Source: Dehalococcoidales bacterium (GTDB taxonomy: Bacteria > Chloroflexota > Dehalococcoidia > Dehalococcoidales > RBG-16-60-22). From it: a DNA stretch of 45,169 nt. This document shows, piece after piece, positions 1-9,391 of this stretch. The position numbers and the translations under genes were made by a program. Position 1 is the stretch's first letter; each line of letters begins with the position of its first letter. The notes beneath the pieces are model-generated. The model ran no database searches. It was not told the origin of the DNA and worked only from the letters and a program-made list of their open reading frames with translations. The stretch is from NCBI GenBank assembly GCA_035529715.1, contig DATKWF010000113.1, positions 1 to 45,169 on the forward strand, in the 5' to 3' direction.

Positions 1-1
1 G

Positions 2-994
2 AAAGCGGCGGCGGTGGTGGTGAATAGCGGCTGTGCCAATGCCTGCACCGGCAAACAGGGTCTGGCCGATGCGGCGGAGACGGCAGAACTGGCGGCTGAA
101 GCGATTGGTGCGCCAGCCGAGGATGTTCTGGTAGCCAGTACTGGCGTAATCGGACCATGCTTGCCGATGGAGCGGCTGAGGGCTGGTATAAAGCAAATTG
201 TCCTTAGCCGGGACGGCGGGCATGAGTTAGCCAGAGCCATAATGACCACCGACACCGTGCCCAAGGAGGCAGCTGTCGGGATTGATGGTAGCAATTTAAT
301 TATCGGGGGAGTTGCCAAAGGCTCGGGGATGATTCATCCTGACCTGGCTACATTGCTTTGTTTTTTGACGACCGATGCCAGCGTGGATTTAGATTTCCTC
401 AGGCTCGCCCTGCGTAAGGCGGTGGAAGTTTCTTTTAATATGATTTCAATTGATGGTGATACCAGTCCCAATGACATGGTATTGATAATGGCCAACGGAC
501 TCGCCGGCAATGGGCCCATTGCCACGGGGAGCCAGCAGGCTGATGCCTTTCAGCAGGCTCTCAACCAGCTCTGTACCCATCTGGCGAAGTCCATTGCCCG
601 TGATGGTGAAGGAGCGACCAAGCTGATAGAGGTCAAGGTTAATGGAGCACCGACTCTGGCTGAAGCCAGGCTGGTTGCCCGGACGGTGGTAAGCTCACCG
701 CTGGTGAAATCAGCAGTACACGGCAACGACCCTAACTGGGGTCGGGTTATGGCAGTGCTGGGGCGGAGTGGTGTTGAGGTAGAGGAAGCGAAGGTTGACA
801 TTTATCTGGATGATATCTGCGTGGCCAGAGCCGGCTGTGCTGTGCCGTTTGATGAAAAGGCGGCGGTAAAGGCTCTGGATAAAAGCGAGGTAGCTATAGT
901 CTTGAATCTTAACCTGGGGGAGGCCACGGCTACCGCCTGGGGTTGTGACCTGTCCGAGGAATATGTAACCATTAACAGTCAATATACTACCTAG
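2..994 (+). CDS. argJ: Bifunctional ornithine acetyltransferase / N-acetylglutamate synthase ArgJ; 5' end cut by the window edge
   Basis: The frame is open back to position 2. The product carries the ArgJ self-processing region (GMIHPDLATLLCFLTTDA) and a typical ArgJ C-terminus (EYVTINSQYTT). The gene is followed by argB, argD, argG and argH. Confidence 0.9.
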   Translation, partial: KAAAVVVNSGCANACTGKQGLADAAETAELAAEAIGAPAEDVLVASTGVIGPCLPMERLRAGIKQIVLSRDGGHELARAIMTTDTVPKEAAVGIDGSNLIIGGVAKGSGMIHPDLATLLCFLTTDASVDLDFLRLALRKAVEVSFNMISIDGDTSPNDMVLIMANGLAGNGPIATGSQQADAFQQALNQLCTHLAKSIARDGEGATKLIEVKVNGAPTLAEARLVARTVVSSPLVKSAVHGNDPNWGRVMAVLGRSGVEVEEAKVDIYLDDICVARAGCAVPFDEKAAVKALDKSEVAIVLNLNLGEATATAWGCDLSEEYVTINSQYTT

Positions 995-1019
995 TATTGT
1001 TGCCGAGGCGGAGGTTGAG

Positions 1020-1805
1020 TTGGATAAAGTTATAGTGGTCAAGATAGGTGGAGCTACTCTGGGCAGCCATGATACCACTATTGAGGATATAGTCTCCCTG
1101 CAGCAGGGGGGCAAATTAATGGTGGTAGTCCACGGTGGTGGTAAACTGATAACCGACTGGCTTTCCAAGCTGGGGATTTCTACCAGATTTGTCCATGGGG
1201 AGAGGGTAACTGACAAGGCAACGCTGGAGGTGGTAACAGCAGTACTGGGCGGGCTGGTCAATAAAGAGATTGTAGCGGCTATCAATCGCCGGGGCGGGCA
1301 GGCAATAGGTATCAGCGGCGTGGATGGTGGTCTTATCCAGGGTAAAATTAAAGATGTAGAACTGGGCTATACCGGAGAGGTAGTTAAGGTCAATATCTCG
1401 CCCCTGGAAGCACTATTGCAGGCTGGCTATGTTCCGGTCGTTTCCCCGCTAAGTCTAAATGCGTCAGCAAAGCGGGATGACACCCCGCAGATGCTTAACG
1501 TTAATGCTGACCTGGTGGCGGGTGAGATAGCGGCTGCCCTTGGTGCCGAAAAGCTCATCTTTTTGACCGATGTGGCTGGCATCTGTGACCAGTCGGGCAA
1601 ATTGCTATCCAGATTATCGTCTGGTGAGGCTGAAGCTTTAATGGCTTCGGGCGTAGCTTCAGGGGGGATGATTCCCAAGATTAAGGCGTGTCTTAGAGCT
1701 TTGGATAGCACCCCAGATGCGCGCATCATCGATGGCAGGCAACCACATGCCCTGCTTGGCGAGGTGGAGGGGCAGGGTGGCGGCACGACAATACATACAG
1801 CTTAG
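1020..1805 (+). CDS. argB: Acetylglutamate kinase
   Basis: TTG start, preceded by GGAGG about 6 nt upstream. Amino-acid kinase motifs are present (VVKIGGATLG, VVVHGGG, NVNADLVAGEIAAALGAEKLIFLTDV). It sits in the arg operon. Confidence 0.9.
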   Translation: MDKVIVVKIGGATLGSHDTTIEDIVSLQQGGKLMVVVHGGGKLITDWLSKLGISTRFVHGERVTDKATLEVVTAVLGGLVNKEIVAAINRRGGQAIGISGVDGGLIQGKIKDVELGYTGEVVKVNISPLEALLQAGYVPVVSPLSLNASAKRDDTPQMLNVNADLVAGEIAAALGAEKLIFLTDVAGICDQSGKLLSRLSSGEAEALMASGVASGGMIPKIKACLRALDSTPDARIIDGRQPHALLGEVEGQGGGTTIHTA

Positions 1806-1819
1806 TGAGGTTTGGCAAA

Positions 1820-3004
1820 GTGAGTAAATGGCAGGAACTTGAGCGCAAATACTTTATGAATACTGTTGAGCGTGTGCCCGTAACCATAGTTAGAGGTAAA
1901 GGCGCGCGGGTATGGGATGAAGACGGGCGTGAGTATCTGGACTTTGTTGGCGGCTGGGCGGTTGATAGTCTGGGACACTGCCCCCCGGTGGTCGCTGAGG
2001 CGGTGACCGGGCAGGTCAATACTCTCATTCAGACTTCAAACCAGTTCTATACTGTTCCCCAGATTCGCCTGGCAGAGCTTCTGGTCAGCAATAGTTGTCT
2101 GGACAAGGTATTTTTCTGTAACAGCGGTGCCGAAGCCAATGAAGGTGCGGTGAAGCTGGCACGGCGCTACGGGCAGCACCATTTGAATGGGGCTTATGAG
2201 GTTATCAGTACGATGGGTTCTTTTCACGGGCGCACTCTGGGCATGGTGGCGGCTACCGGGCAACCCGGATTTCAGCAGCCATATGTTCCCCTGCCCACCG
2301 GTTTTATCAACGTAAACTATAATGATATTGAGGCGATAAAGGCGGTAACTACCGAACAGACCTGCGCCGTGATGCTGGAACCGATACAGGGCGAGGGGGG
2401 GGTCAACCTGCCTGCCGATAACTATCTGAAGATGGTGAGGGAGTGGTGTGACCAGAAGGGTATTCTGCTTATTCTGGATGAAATTCAAACCGGCATAGGC
2501 AGGACGGGAACACTTTTTGCTTATGAGCAGTACGGCATTGAGCCTGATGTAATGACTCTGGCCAAGGGGCTGGGGGGTGGTGTGCCAATCGGGGCTATTC
2601 TGGCCAAGGAACGGGCTTCAGTTTTTGTTCCGGGGGAACATGGCTCTACTTTCGGGGGTAACCCTTTGATGTGTGCCGCTGCTTACGCTACGCTGCGCTT
2701 TATCATTGATAATGATATTCCAGAGAAAGTCAAAAAGGTGGGGCAGTATCTTATTGATGGGCTGGAAGGTTTAAAACAGAAATACCAGTTCATCACTGAT
2801 GTGCGTGGTCGCGGACTGCTGGTAGCTGTGGAGTTCAGTAGTGACATTGCCAAGTCAGTGCTTACGGACTGTCTGGATAAGGGTTTGCTGGTCAACCGCT
2901 TGAAGCCTAATGCCCTGCGTTTTATACCTCCCCTTATTATCAGCAACGATGATGTTGACGAGGCAGTAGGCATTTTGGATAAGGCACTCTCTAATATTGC
3001 TTAA
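1820..3004 (+). CDS. argD: Acetylornithine aminotransferase (class III PLP aminotransferase)
   Basis: Motifs SGAEANEGAVKLAR, LDEIQTGIGRTG and TLAKGLGGGVPIGA (PLP lysine). I prefer the GTG at 1820 because GTGAGG lies about 9 nt upstream. The ORF-track start at 1805 overlaps the argB stop and has no SD. The start choice is uncertain. Confidence 0.85.
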   Translation: MSKWQELERKYFMNTVERVPVTIVRGKGARVWDEDGREYLDFVGGWAVDSLGHCPPVVAEAVTGQVNTLIQTSNQFYTVPQIRLAELLVSNSCLDKVFFCNSGAEANEGAVKLARRYGQHHLNGAYEVISTMGSFHGRTLGMVAATGQPGFQQPYVPLPTGFINVNYNDIEAIKAVTTEQTCAVMLEPIQGEGGVNLPADNYLKMVREWCDQKGILLILDEIQTGIGRTGTLFAYEQYGIEPDVMTLAKGLGGGVPIGAILAKERASVFVPGEHGSTFGGNPLMCAAAYATLRFIIDNDIPEKVKKVGQYLIDGLEGLKQKYQFITDVRGRGLLVAVEFSSDIAKSVLTDCLDKGLLVNRLKPNALRFIPPLIISNDDVDEAVGILDKALSNIA

Positions 3005-3047
3005 CCAGGTATTACTTTAACCACCAATTTATGAGATAATAGTAAAA

Positions 3048-3959
3048 ATGGCAAGTAATATTCGCAGAATCGGCATATTAGTAGCTTTAACTGCAGTGCT
3101 GTTGTTTGGTGTTTTACTGGTAGCAGCTTCATATACCAACGTGGGTGTGACGGCTGGTATTGGAACCGAGGAGTGGTTACTATCTACGCCTGACCTTTCG
3201 GCGGTACCGGAGTCGGTGGTTAATGATGCCACTGTTATGGCTATGGAGCTGTTCGGGGATTATCAGGAGAAATACGGCGATTTTACCAACCAGTTATTGG
3301 CGACGTATGCCGAGGCTAAAGATAAGGACTTCGTGGTCATCTTTAACTCCGGTGGCTGGGGGTGGAATGTACCGGATAGGTCCCCGGGATGGAAAAGTAT
3401 TATAACCGGTATTGAATTAGAATTAGATAGCCTGGGTTATGATTCGCTATTGTTGAACTATCAGCGGACTGATGAAAATCTGCGGGGAGTTGTTGATGAG
3501 TTCATGGAGGTGATAGACGTCTATCCATCCAAGGCAGAGAACCTGGCTTGTAGAGTGGAATTTCTTACCGCCCATATTCCTGACCTTAAAGTTATCGTCG
3601 CTGGTGAAAGTAACGGCACCGTTATTTCGGATGGTGCCATGAGTATCTTGCAAGATAATCCCCAGGTTTACAGTATTCAAACCGGTCCCCCTTTCTGGCA
3701 CAAGTCTATTATGCTGGACAGGACACTGGTGCTGAATGATAATGGCATGATTCCTGATTCATTTAGCCGTGGCGAAATTGGTACCATGGCCTGGGCCAGC
3801 CTGAAGGATTTAATTGGTTTACCTCAGCCAGAAAGGGAATCGGGCAGGATACTGTTTTTTGTCAGGGCACCCGGGCATGACTACCGGTGGCAGTATCCCA
3901 ATGTTTGTTCTCAGATTACCAACTTTATGAAGCAAAATTTCGGAATTAAACCGTCTTGA
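3048..3959 (+). CDS. Hypothetical N-terminally membrane-anchored protein with a GxSxG-like element (AGESNGT); function unknown
   Basis: A 303-aa ORF fills the argD-argG gap exactly. It has an N-terminal hydrophobic helix (IGILVALTAVLLFGVLLVAASY). The motifs VIFNSGGWGW, VIVAGESNGT and APGHDY are reminiscent of an alpha/beta-hydrolase oxyanion, nucleophile and His arrangement. I do not recognise the family. Confidence 0.6.
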   Translation: MASNIRRIGILVALTAVLLFGVLLVAASYTNVGVTAGIGTEEWLLSTPDLSAVPESVVNDATVMAMELFGDYQEKYGDFTNQLLATYAEAKDKDFVVIFNSGGWGWNVPDRSPGWKSIITGIELELDSLGYDSLLLNYQRTDENLRGVVDEFMEVIDVYPSKAENLACRVEFLTAHIPDLKVIVAGESNGTVISDGAMSILQDNPQVYSIQTGPPFWHKSIMLDRTLVLNDNGMIPDSFSRGEIGTMAWASLKDLIGLPQPERESGRILFFVRAPGHDYRWQYPNVCSQITNFMKQNFGIKPS

Positions 3960-3974
3960 CAGGGGGAGTTAAAA

Positions 3975-5186
3975 GTGTCGTCTAAAGTAGTCTTGGCTTA
4001 TAGTGGCGGATTGGATACCTCGGTAGCCATCAGGTGGCTGAAGGAGAAGTATGGACTGGATGTCATTGCGGTTACCGTTGATGTGGGCAATGAACGTGAT
4101 TTTTCCGCTATCAAGCAGAAAGCGCTTGATGTCGGCGCCATAAAAGTGCTGGTCATGGATGCCAAGGAGTTATTTGTCAATAATTTTGTCTTTCCGGCGC
4201 TGAAAGCCGATGCGCTGTACGAAGGGCAATATTCACTGGCTACAGCACTATCCCGGCCGCTGATTGCCAAACTCCTGGTGGATGCGGCACGGGCAGAAGG
4301 AGCTACGGTTTTGGCTCACGGGTGCACCGGCAAGGGTAACGACCAGGTAAGAATTGAGGTGGGCGTTCAAGCCCTGGCTCCAGATTTTAAGATTATTGCT
4401 CCCGCCCGGGAGTGGGGTATGACCCGGGAGGAGACAATTGCCTATGCCAAGCGCTATGGCATTCCGGTGCCGGTCACTGTTGCCAGCCCGTATTCTATTG
4501 ATGAGAGTCTCTGGGGGAGGAGCATTGAGTGTGGGGTGCTGGAAGACCCGTGGGTTGAGCCTCCCGAGGATGCGTTTGCCTGGACAAAGTCACCCGGTGA
4601 GACACCCGATAAGCCTGAATATATTGAGATTGGCTTCGAGCAGGGTACACCGGTTACTATTGATGGGCAGAAGGTGGATGGTATTGCACTGATTCAGAAG
4701 TTGAATGAGCTGGCCGGCAGCCACGGGGTAGGCAGGGTTGACCATATAGAGAACCGGCTGGTGGGAATAAAGTCAAGGGAGATTTACGAGGCACCGGCGG
4801 CTACCGTGCTACTGCAGGCGCACCAGGCATTGCAGGCAATGGTTCTATCCAAGGAACAGTTACGCTTCAAGCAAAAGGTGGCTATGGAATATTCCGACCT
4901 CGTCTATAATGGCCTGTGGTTTACCTCGCTGCACCAGGACCTGGCTGCCTATGTTCAGTCGTCACAGCGTTTCGTCAGCGGGACAGTTAGGCTTAAGCTA
5001 TACAAGGGGAGCTCCAGCGTGGTGGGGCGAAAATCACCCTTTTCACTGTACAGCCACGGTCTGGCTACCTACGATAAGGGTGATGAGTTTGACCAGAGCG
5101 CCTCGGCTGGCTTTATCCAAATCTGGGGACTGCCGGTTAAAACCCAGGCACAGACGCAGGGGACCAGCAGCTTAGAGGAAGACTAA
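3975..5186 (+). CDS. argG: Argininosuccinate synthase
   Basis: GTG start after GGGGGA. The N-terminal AYSGGLDTS ATP-pyrophosphatase motif is present, and the product looks like ArgG over its full length (403 aa). Confidence 0.93.
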   Translation: MSSKVVLAYSGGLDTSVAIRWLKEKYGLDVIAVTVDVGNERDFSAIKQKALDVGAIKVLVMDAKELFVNNFVFPALKADALYEGQYSLATALSRPLIAKLLVDAARAEGATVLAHGCTGKGNDQVRIEVGVQALAPDFKIIAPAREWGMTREETIAYAKRYGIPVPVTVASPYSIDESLWGRSIECGVLEDPWVEPPEDAFAWTKSPGETPDKPEYIEIGFEQGTPVTIDGQKVDGIALIQKLNELAGSHGVGRVDHIENRLVGIKSREIYEAPAATVLLQAHQALQAMVLSKEQLRFKQKVAMEYSDLVYNGLWFTSLHQDLAAYVQSSQRFVSGTVRLKLYKGSSSVVGRKSPFSLYSHGLATYDKGDEFDQSASAGFIQIWGLPVKTQAQTQGTSSLEED

Positions 5187-5187
5187 A

Positions 5188-6558
5188 ATGAGTCATATAC
5201 GGGGTCGTTTCCAAAAGGCGGCGGATAAGGCAGTGGCAGAATATACCAGTTCAATTCCCTTTGACTGGCGTCTTTATCGTCAGGACATCGCCGGCAGCAT
5301 TGCTCACGCCAGGATGCTGGCCAAGCAGGGTATAATCGCCTCAAGAGAGGCTGAGATTATTACTCAGGGGCTGGAGTCTATTAAAGAGGAGATAGCGCAG
5401 GGTAAATTCCAGTTCAAGGTGGAGATGGAAGATATCCATATGGCTGTTGAAGCCAGGCTTATTGAGAAAGTGGGGGAGGTCGGCGGCAAGCTCCACACCG
5501 CTCGTTCCCGGAATGACCAGGTGGCGCTGGACCTGCGCCTCTTTGCCAAGGAAGCAATCTCCGGGACACTGACCGGACTGAAGGAATTTCAGCGGGCTCT
5601 GGTTAGCATGGCTGAAGCCAACAAAGCCGTTATTCTGCCGGGATACACTCATTTGCAGTCGGCACAGCCGGTGCTGCTGGCCCATCACCTTTTGGCCTAT
5701 TTCGAGATGTTGCAACGGGATGTTGACCGTTTTAATGATTGCCTGAAGCGCACTGATGTCATGCCCCTGGGCAGCGGTGCCCTGGCTGGTGTTGCCTATG
5801 ATATTGACCGGGAGTTCCTGGCTGGCGAGCTGGGGTTCAGTCAGGTAAGCCGGAACAGCATTGATGCCGTCTCGGATAGGGATTTTGTTCTGGAATATGA
5901 AGCGGCTGCCAGCGTCTGCATGATGCACCTTTCACGGCTGGCTGAGGAGATTACGCTGTGGTCTTCAGCGGAGTTCAATTTCATTGAGCTTGACGAGGCT
6001 TATGCCACCGGCAGCAGCATTATGCCGCAGAAGAAGAACCCTGATGTGGCTGAACTGGCACGGGGCAAGACCGGCCGTGTTTACGGTCGGCTCATGGCTC
6101 TGCTGACCACAATGAAGGCTCTGCCTCTTGCCTATAATCGGGATTTGCAGGAGGACAAAGAGGGCCTCTTTGATACCGTTGATACACTGCTATCAACCCT
6201 GGAGGTGTTCGCCGGCATGGTGGCGACCCTGCGGGTTAAGGCGGAGAGGATGAGGCAGGCGGCTGAGCAAGGTTATATTCTGGCCACTGACCTGGCTGAC
6301 TACCTGGTTGGGAAAGGGGAGGCTTTCCGCACTGCCCATGATATCGTTGCCAGGCTGGTAGCTTATGCTGCGGAAAAGGGTAAAACTTTCAGTCAACTCA
6401 GTCTTGATGAATACAAAGGGTTTTCGCCTTTATTTACCGAGGATGTTTATTCAGTTACCGTGGAATCTTCCATTGCCGCCAGGGATGTTGCGGGTGGTAC
6501 CGCCCCGTCACGGGTGGAACAGGCGTTAGCTAATGCCCGGAAAATGATTGGCAAATAA
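5188..6558 (+). CDS. argH: Argininosuccinate lyase
   Basis: Fumarate-lyase family signature GSSIMPQKKNPD. The product is 456 aa. The start lies 2 nt after the argG stop and has an upstream GAGGAAG. Confidence 0.93.
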   Translation: MSHIRGRFQKAADKAVAEYTSSIPFDWRLYRQDIAGSIAHARMLAKQGIIASREAEIITQGLESIKEEIAQGKFQFKVEMEDIHMAVEARLIEKVGEVGGKLHTARSRNDQVALDLRLFAKEAISGTLTGLKEFQRALVSMAEANKAVILPGYTHLQSAQPVLLAHHLLAYFEMLQRDVDRFNDCLKRTDVMPLGSGALAGVAYDIDREFLAGELGFSQVSRNSIDAVSDRDFVLEYEAAASVCMMHLSRLAEEITLWSSAEFNFIELDEAYATGSSIMPQKKNPDVAELARGKTGRVYGRLMALLTTMKALPLAYNRDLQEDKEGLFDTVDTLLSTLEVFAGMVATLRVKAERMRQAAEQGYILATDLADYLVGKGEAFRTAHDIVARLVAYAAEKGKTFSQLSLDEYKGFSPLFTEDVYSVTVESSIAARDVAGGTAPSRVEQALANARKMIGK

Positions 6559-6561
6559 AGT

Positions 6562-6585
6562 TTTAGAGGGACATAGCCCCTCTAA
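6562..6585. terminator. Bidirectional hairpin between convergent argH and rpmB
   Basis: TTTAGAGGG-acatag-CCCTCTAAA forms a perfect 9-bp stem with A/T runs on both sides. It lies in the 59-bp gap between two convergent stop codons. Confidence 0.55.
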
Positions 6586-6617
6586 ATAAGATATGTGGTA
6601 AAATATTAAAAAGGAGG

Positions 6618-6806
6618 TCAAACAGTTTTAGCTACTTTATGCTGGGTTCGCAGGCATCTGGTACACAGGTTGAGTCTTTTGAGTTGGCCGTCTATATTAA
6701 GCGTGGCCGGGTGAATATTGGGGACCCAGCGGCGGTTGGTATGCCGTTTGGAGTGGCTGACATTATGACCAAATTGTGGAGATTTCCCACACAAATCGCA
6801 CTTCAA
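6618..6806 (-). CDS. rpmB: 50S ribosomal protein L28
   Basis: A 62-aa product (MKCDLCGK...GHNVSHSKRHTNRRWVPN...) matches the L28 pattern. AAGGAG lies upstream of the ATG. Confidence 0.9.
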   Translation of the reverse strand: MKCDLCGKSPQFGHNVSHSKRHTNRRWVPNIHPATLNIDGQLKRLNLCTRCLRTQHKVAKTV

Positions 6807-6898
6807 TATGATTTCTCCTTTGACTATTAAATAAACTTATTGTAATATACCACTTAATACTAGCACAGCCAGGTAGGACTTATCAAGGATGGTACAAA

Positions 6899-8530
6899 AT
6901 GAAGCAAATTAACTCTATCGGTGGCCAGGAGTTGAGGGAAATGTTCTCCGCGGCTACCGGCTGGCTGGAGAAGAGTTCTCCGGAGATTGATGCTCTGAAT
7001 GTTTTCCCGGTGCCTGACGGTGATACCGGGACCAATATGTTGCTTACCATGCGTTCCACTATGGAGGAAGCGTATCGGGCTCCCGACCATAGTGCCTCGG
7101 CGGTGGCTCAAGCCATGGCTAAAGGGGCGCTGATGGGCGCCCGGGGAAATAGCGGCGTAATCCTGTCACAGATTCTGCGTGGTCTGGCACAGGGCCTGGC
7201 GGAAAAGGAGATATTTACCGCTATTGATTTGGTTAATGCTCTGCAACAGTCATCGGCGATGGCTTATCAGGGGATAAGCAACCCCGTGGAAGGAACTATC
7301 CTGACGGTGATGAGGGAGGTCGCTGAGGTGGCTCAGGCACAGGCTTCTGGAGGTGAGACCGATATGGTTGCGGTTATGGAGGTGGCGGTTGACGCTGCCA
7401 GTGAATCGGTGGCCAGAACCCCTTACCTTCTTGAGGTGCTGAGGGAAGCGGGAGTGGTGGATGCCGGGGGGCAGGGTCTGTATACCATCCTGGATGGTGC
7501 TCTCCGTTATCTTAAAGGCGAAACGGAACTGATGCGGTTCCGCAAGCCACAGATAGTCGTTAGCGAGCTGCCCGCCACCAAGCCAGCGCAAATGGTAGCT
7601 GATGAAGAAATACCGTATGGGTATTGCACCGAGTTTCTGCTCAAGGGAGAGAAGCTTATCCCGGATAAGATTAAAAAACGATTGGAGAAGAAAGGGGAGT
7701 CCCTAATCGTTGTTGGTGATAAGTCAGCGGTCAGGATTCATATCCATGCCCTGGACCCCGGTGATGTTATTACCTATGTAACCGGCCTGGGCACCGTGCA
7801 TCAGGTATCAATTCGGAATATGGATGAGCAGCATCAGGACTTTCTGGAAATGCAGAAGGACAGGACACCGACGGCTGATATGGCTATCGTTGTGGTAGCC
7901 GCCGGGGATGGGCTTACTGAAGTATTCACCAGTCTCGGTGCGTCAGCCATTGTTCCCGGGGGTCAGACAATGAACCCGAGCACCAAAGATTTGCTCCACG
8001 CCGTTGAATCAGTAATTCCTGATAAAGTTATTATCTTACCAAATAATAAGAATATAGTGGCTACTGCCAATCAGGTCCAGTCTGTGACTTCAAAGACCAT
8101 TGAAGTAGTGCCGGCGGAGACAATTCCGCAGGGAGTAGCCGCACTTTTAGCCTTTGACTACGAGGCGAATTTGACCACGAACGCCGAAATTATGAAAAAA
8201 GCAATATCAGCGGTAAGGACTATTGAAATTACTCGGGCTACACGCTCCACCAAGCTGGGTGGGTTGGAGATTAAACGGAAACAGCCCATTGGTATTCTGG
8301 ATGGTGACCTTATCGCCGTGGGTAAAGATAACACCGAAGTTCTTAATCAGGTTTTAGCCAGGCTGGATTTGGGAAAAGCTGAAGTAGTTACCGTCTATTA
8401 CGGAGCGGATACCGAGGCGGCAGAGGCAGAACAGATTGTCAGTAGTCTCAGAGAGCAGCATTCTCAACTGCAGGTTGAGTTAGTCCGGGGAGGTCAGCCC
8501 CACTGGAATTATATTATCTCTATTGAGTGA
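6899..8530 (+). CDS. DAK2-domain fusion protein of the YloV/FakA type (fatty-acid kinase ATP-binding subunit-like)
   Basis: The N-terminal DhaL/Dak2 motif (PDGDTGTNM, GARGNSGVILSQ) is fused to a long C-terminal YloV-type domain. The gene is divergent from rpmB and followed by two DegV genes, the arrangement known for FakA/FakB. Confidence 0.8.
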   Translation: MKQINSIGGQELREMFSAATGWLEKSSPEIDALNVFPVPDGDTGTNMLLTMRSTMEEAYRAPDHSASAVAQAMAKGALMGARGNSGVILSQILRGLAQGLAEKEIFTAIDLVNALQQSSAMAYQGISNPVEGTILTVMREVAEVAQAQASGGETDMVAVMEVAVDAASESVARTPYLLEVLREAGVVDAGGQGLYTILDGALRYLKGETELMRFRKPQIVVSELPATKPAQMVADEEIPYGYCTEFLLKGEKLIPDKIKKRLEKKGESLIVVGDKSAVRIHIHALDPGDVITYVTGLGTVHQVSIRNMDEQHQDFLEMQKDRTPTADMAIVVVAAGDGLTEVFTSLGASAIVPGGQTMNPSTKDLLHAVESVIPDKVIILPNNKNIVATANQVQSVTSKTIEVVPAETIPQGVAALLAFDYEANLTTNAEIMKKAISAVRTIEITRATRSTKLGGLEIKRKQPIGILDGDLIAVGKDNTEVLNQVLARLDLGKAEVVTVYYGADTEAAEAEQIVSSLREQHSQLQVELVRGGQPHWNYIISIE

Positions 8531-8545
8531 TTAGGAGGGTGTTCA

Positions 8546-9391
8546 ATGGCAGTCAAGATTGTTACCGATAGTCTATCTGATATCACCGATGACTTAGCCC
8601 AGGAACTGGGGATTACCGTAGTGCCGTTAACCGTATTTTTTGGGCACGAGTCCTTTCTTGACCGGGTTACCATTACCACGGATGAATTTTACCACAGATT
8701 GGCTCACGGTACTGTCTGGCCTAGTACCACGCAGCCCCCACCCGGCGATTTTATCAATGTTTACAACAAGCTGGCAAAGGAAACTGATGAAATTCTGGTG
8801 ATTACCCTGTCCAGCAAGATGAGCGGCACCTATCAGTCGGCAATGCAGGCCAAGAATCTGATGGAGGGGAAATGCCGCATTGAAGTAATTGACTCACTAG
8901 AGGTGGCAATGGGTCTGGGGCTGGTAGCCATTGCGGCGGCTAAAGCTGTCAAGAATGGGGCAAACCTGGACGAGGTTGCCAGTTTGGTGCGTAAGGCTAT
9001 GCCCCGGTCACATCTTCTGGCGTATTTTGACACCCTTAAATATCTGGCCAAGGGGGGGCGTATTGGCAAGGCACAGGGGATGCTGGGCGCAATGTTATCA
9101 GTAAAGCCAATACTCAATGTAAAGGATGGCGAGATGTCGCCGGTAACCAGGTTGCGGTCTAAAGCGGCGGGCATGGATTATTTATGCAATTTTGTAGCCA
9201 GCTTTTCCCATATTGAGGAGCTGGCGGTGGAGCATGCTACCACTCCTGATGTGGCAGATGAGCTGGTTGAGCGCTTCGGTTCATATTTCCCCAAAGAGCG
9301 TATTTACAGGTCAACGATCAGCCCGGTGGTGGGAACACATGCCGGGCCTGGTGCCATCGCGGTAACTGTTTTGGAGGCGGAAAAGGAGTAG
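8546..9391 (+). CDS. DegV-family fatty-acid-binding protein (FakB-like), copy 1
   Basis: N-terminus is (I/V)VTDS...D, with TSQPPPGDF, ITLSSKMSGTYQSA and YLAKGGRIGKA motifs typical of DegV. AGGAGG lies upstream. Confidence 0.85.
   Translation: MAVKIVTDSLSDITDDLAQELGITVVPLTVFFGHESFLDRVTITTDEFYHRLAHGTVWPSTTQPPPGDFINVYNKLAKETDEILVITLSSKMSGTYQSAMQAKNLMEGKCRIEVIDSLEVAMGLGLVAIAAAKAVKNGANLDEVASLVRKAMPRSHLLAYFDTLKYLAKGGRIGKAQGMLGAMLSVKPILNVKDGEMSPVTRLRSKAAGMDYLCNFVASFSHIEELAVEHATTPDVADELVERFGSYFPKERIYRSTISPVVGTHAGPGAIAVTVLEAEKE

Noticed and set aside
710-1285. A 191-aa minus-strand ORF antisense to argJ and argB. Similar long antisense ORFs occur at 5341-5928, 10723-11304, 16556-17206, 37975-38499 and 39724-40236.
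   Set aside because: Each lies wholly opposite a gene with strong family motifs. They lack SDs, and their products are Ser/Pro/Arg/Leu-rich, as is typical of shadow ORFs in GC-biased coding sequence.
6639-6830. A 63-aa plus-strand ORF
   Set aside because: It is fully antisense to rpmB, whose product is an unmistakable L28, and it has no independent support.
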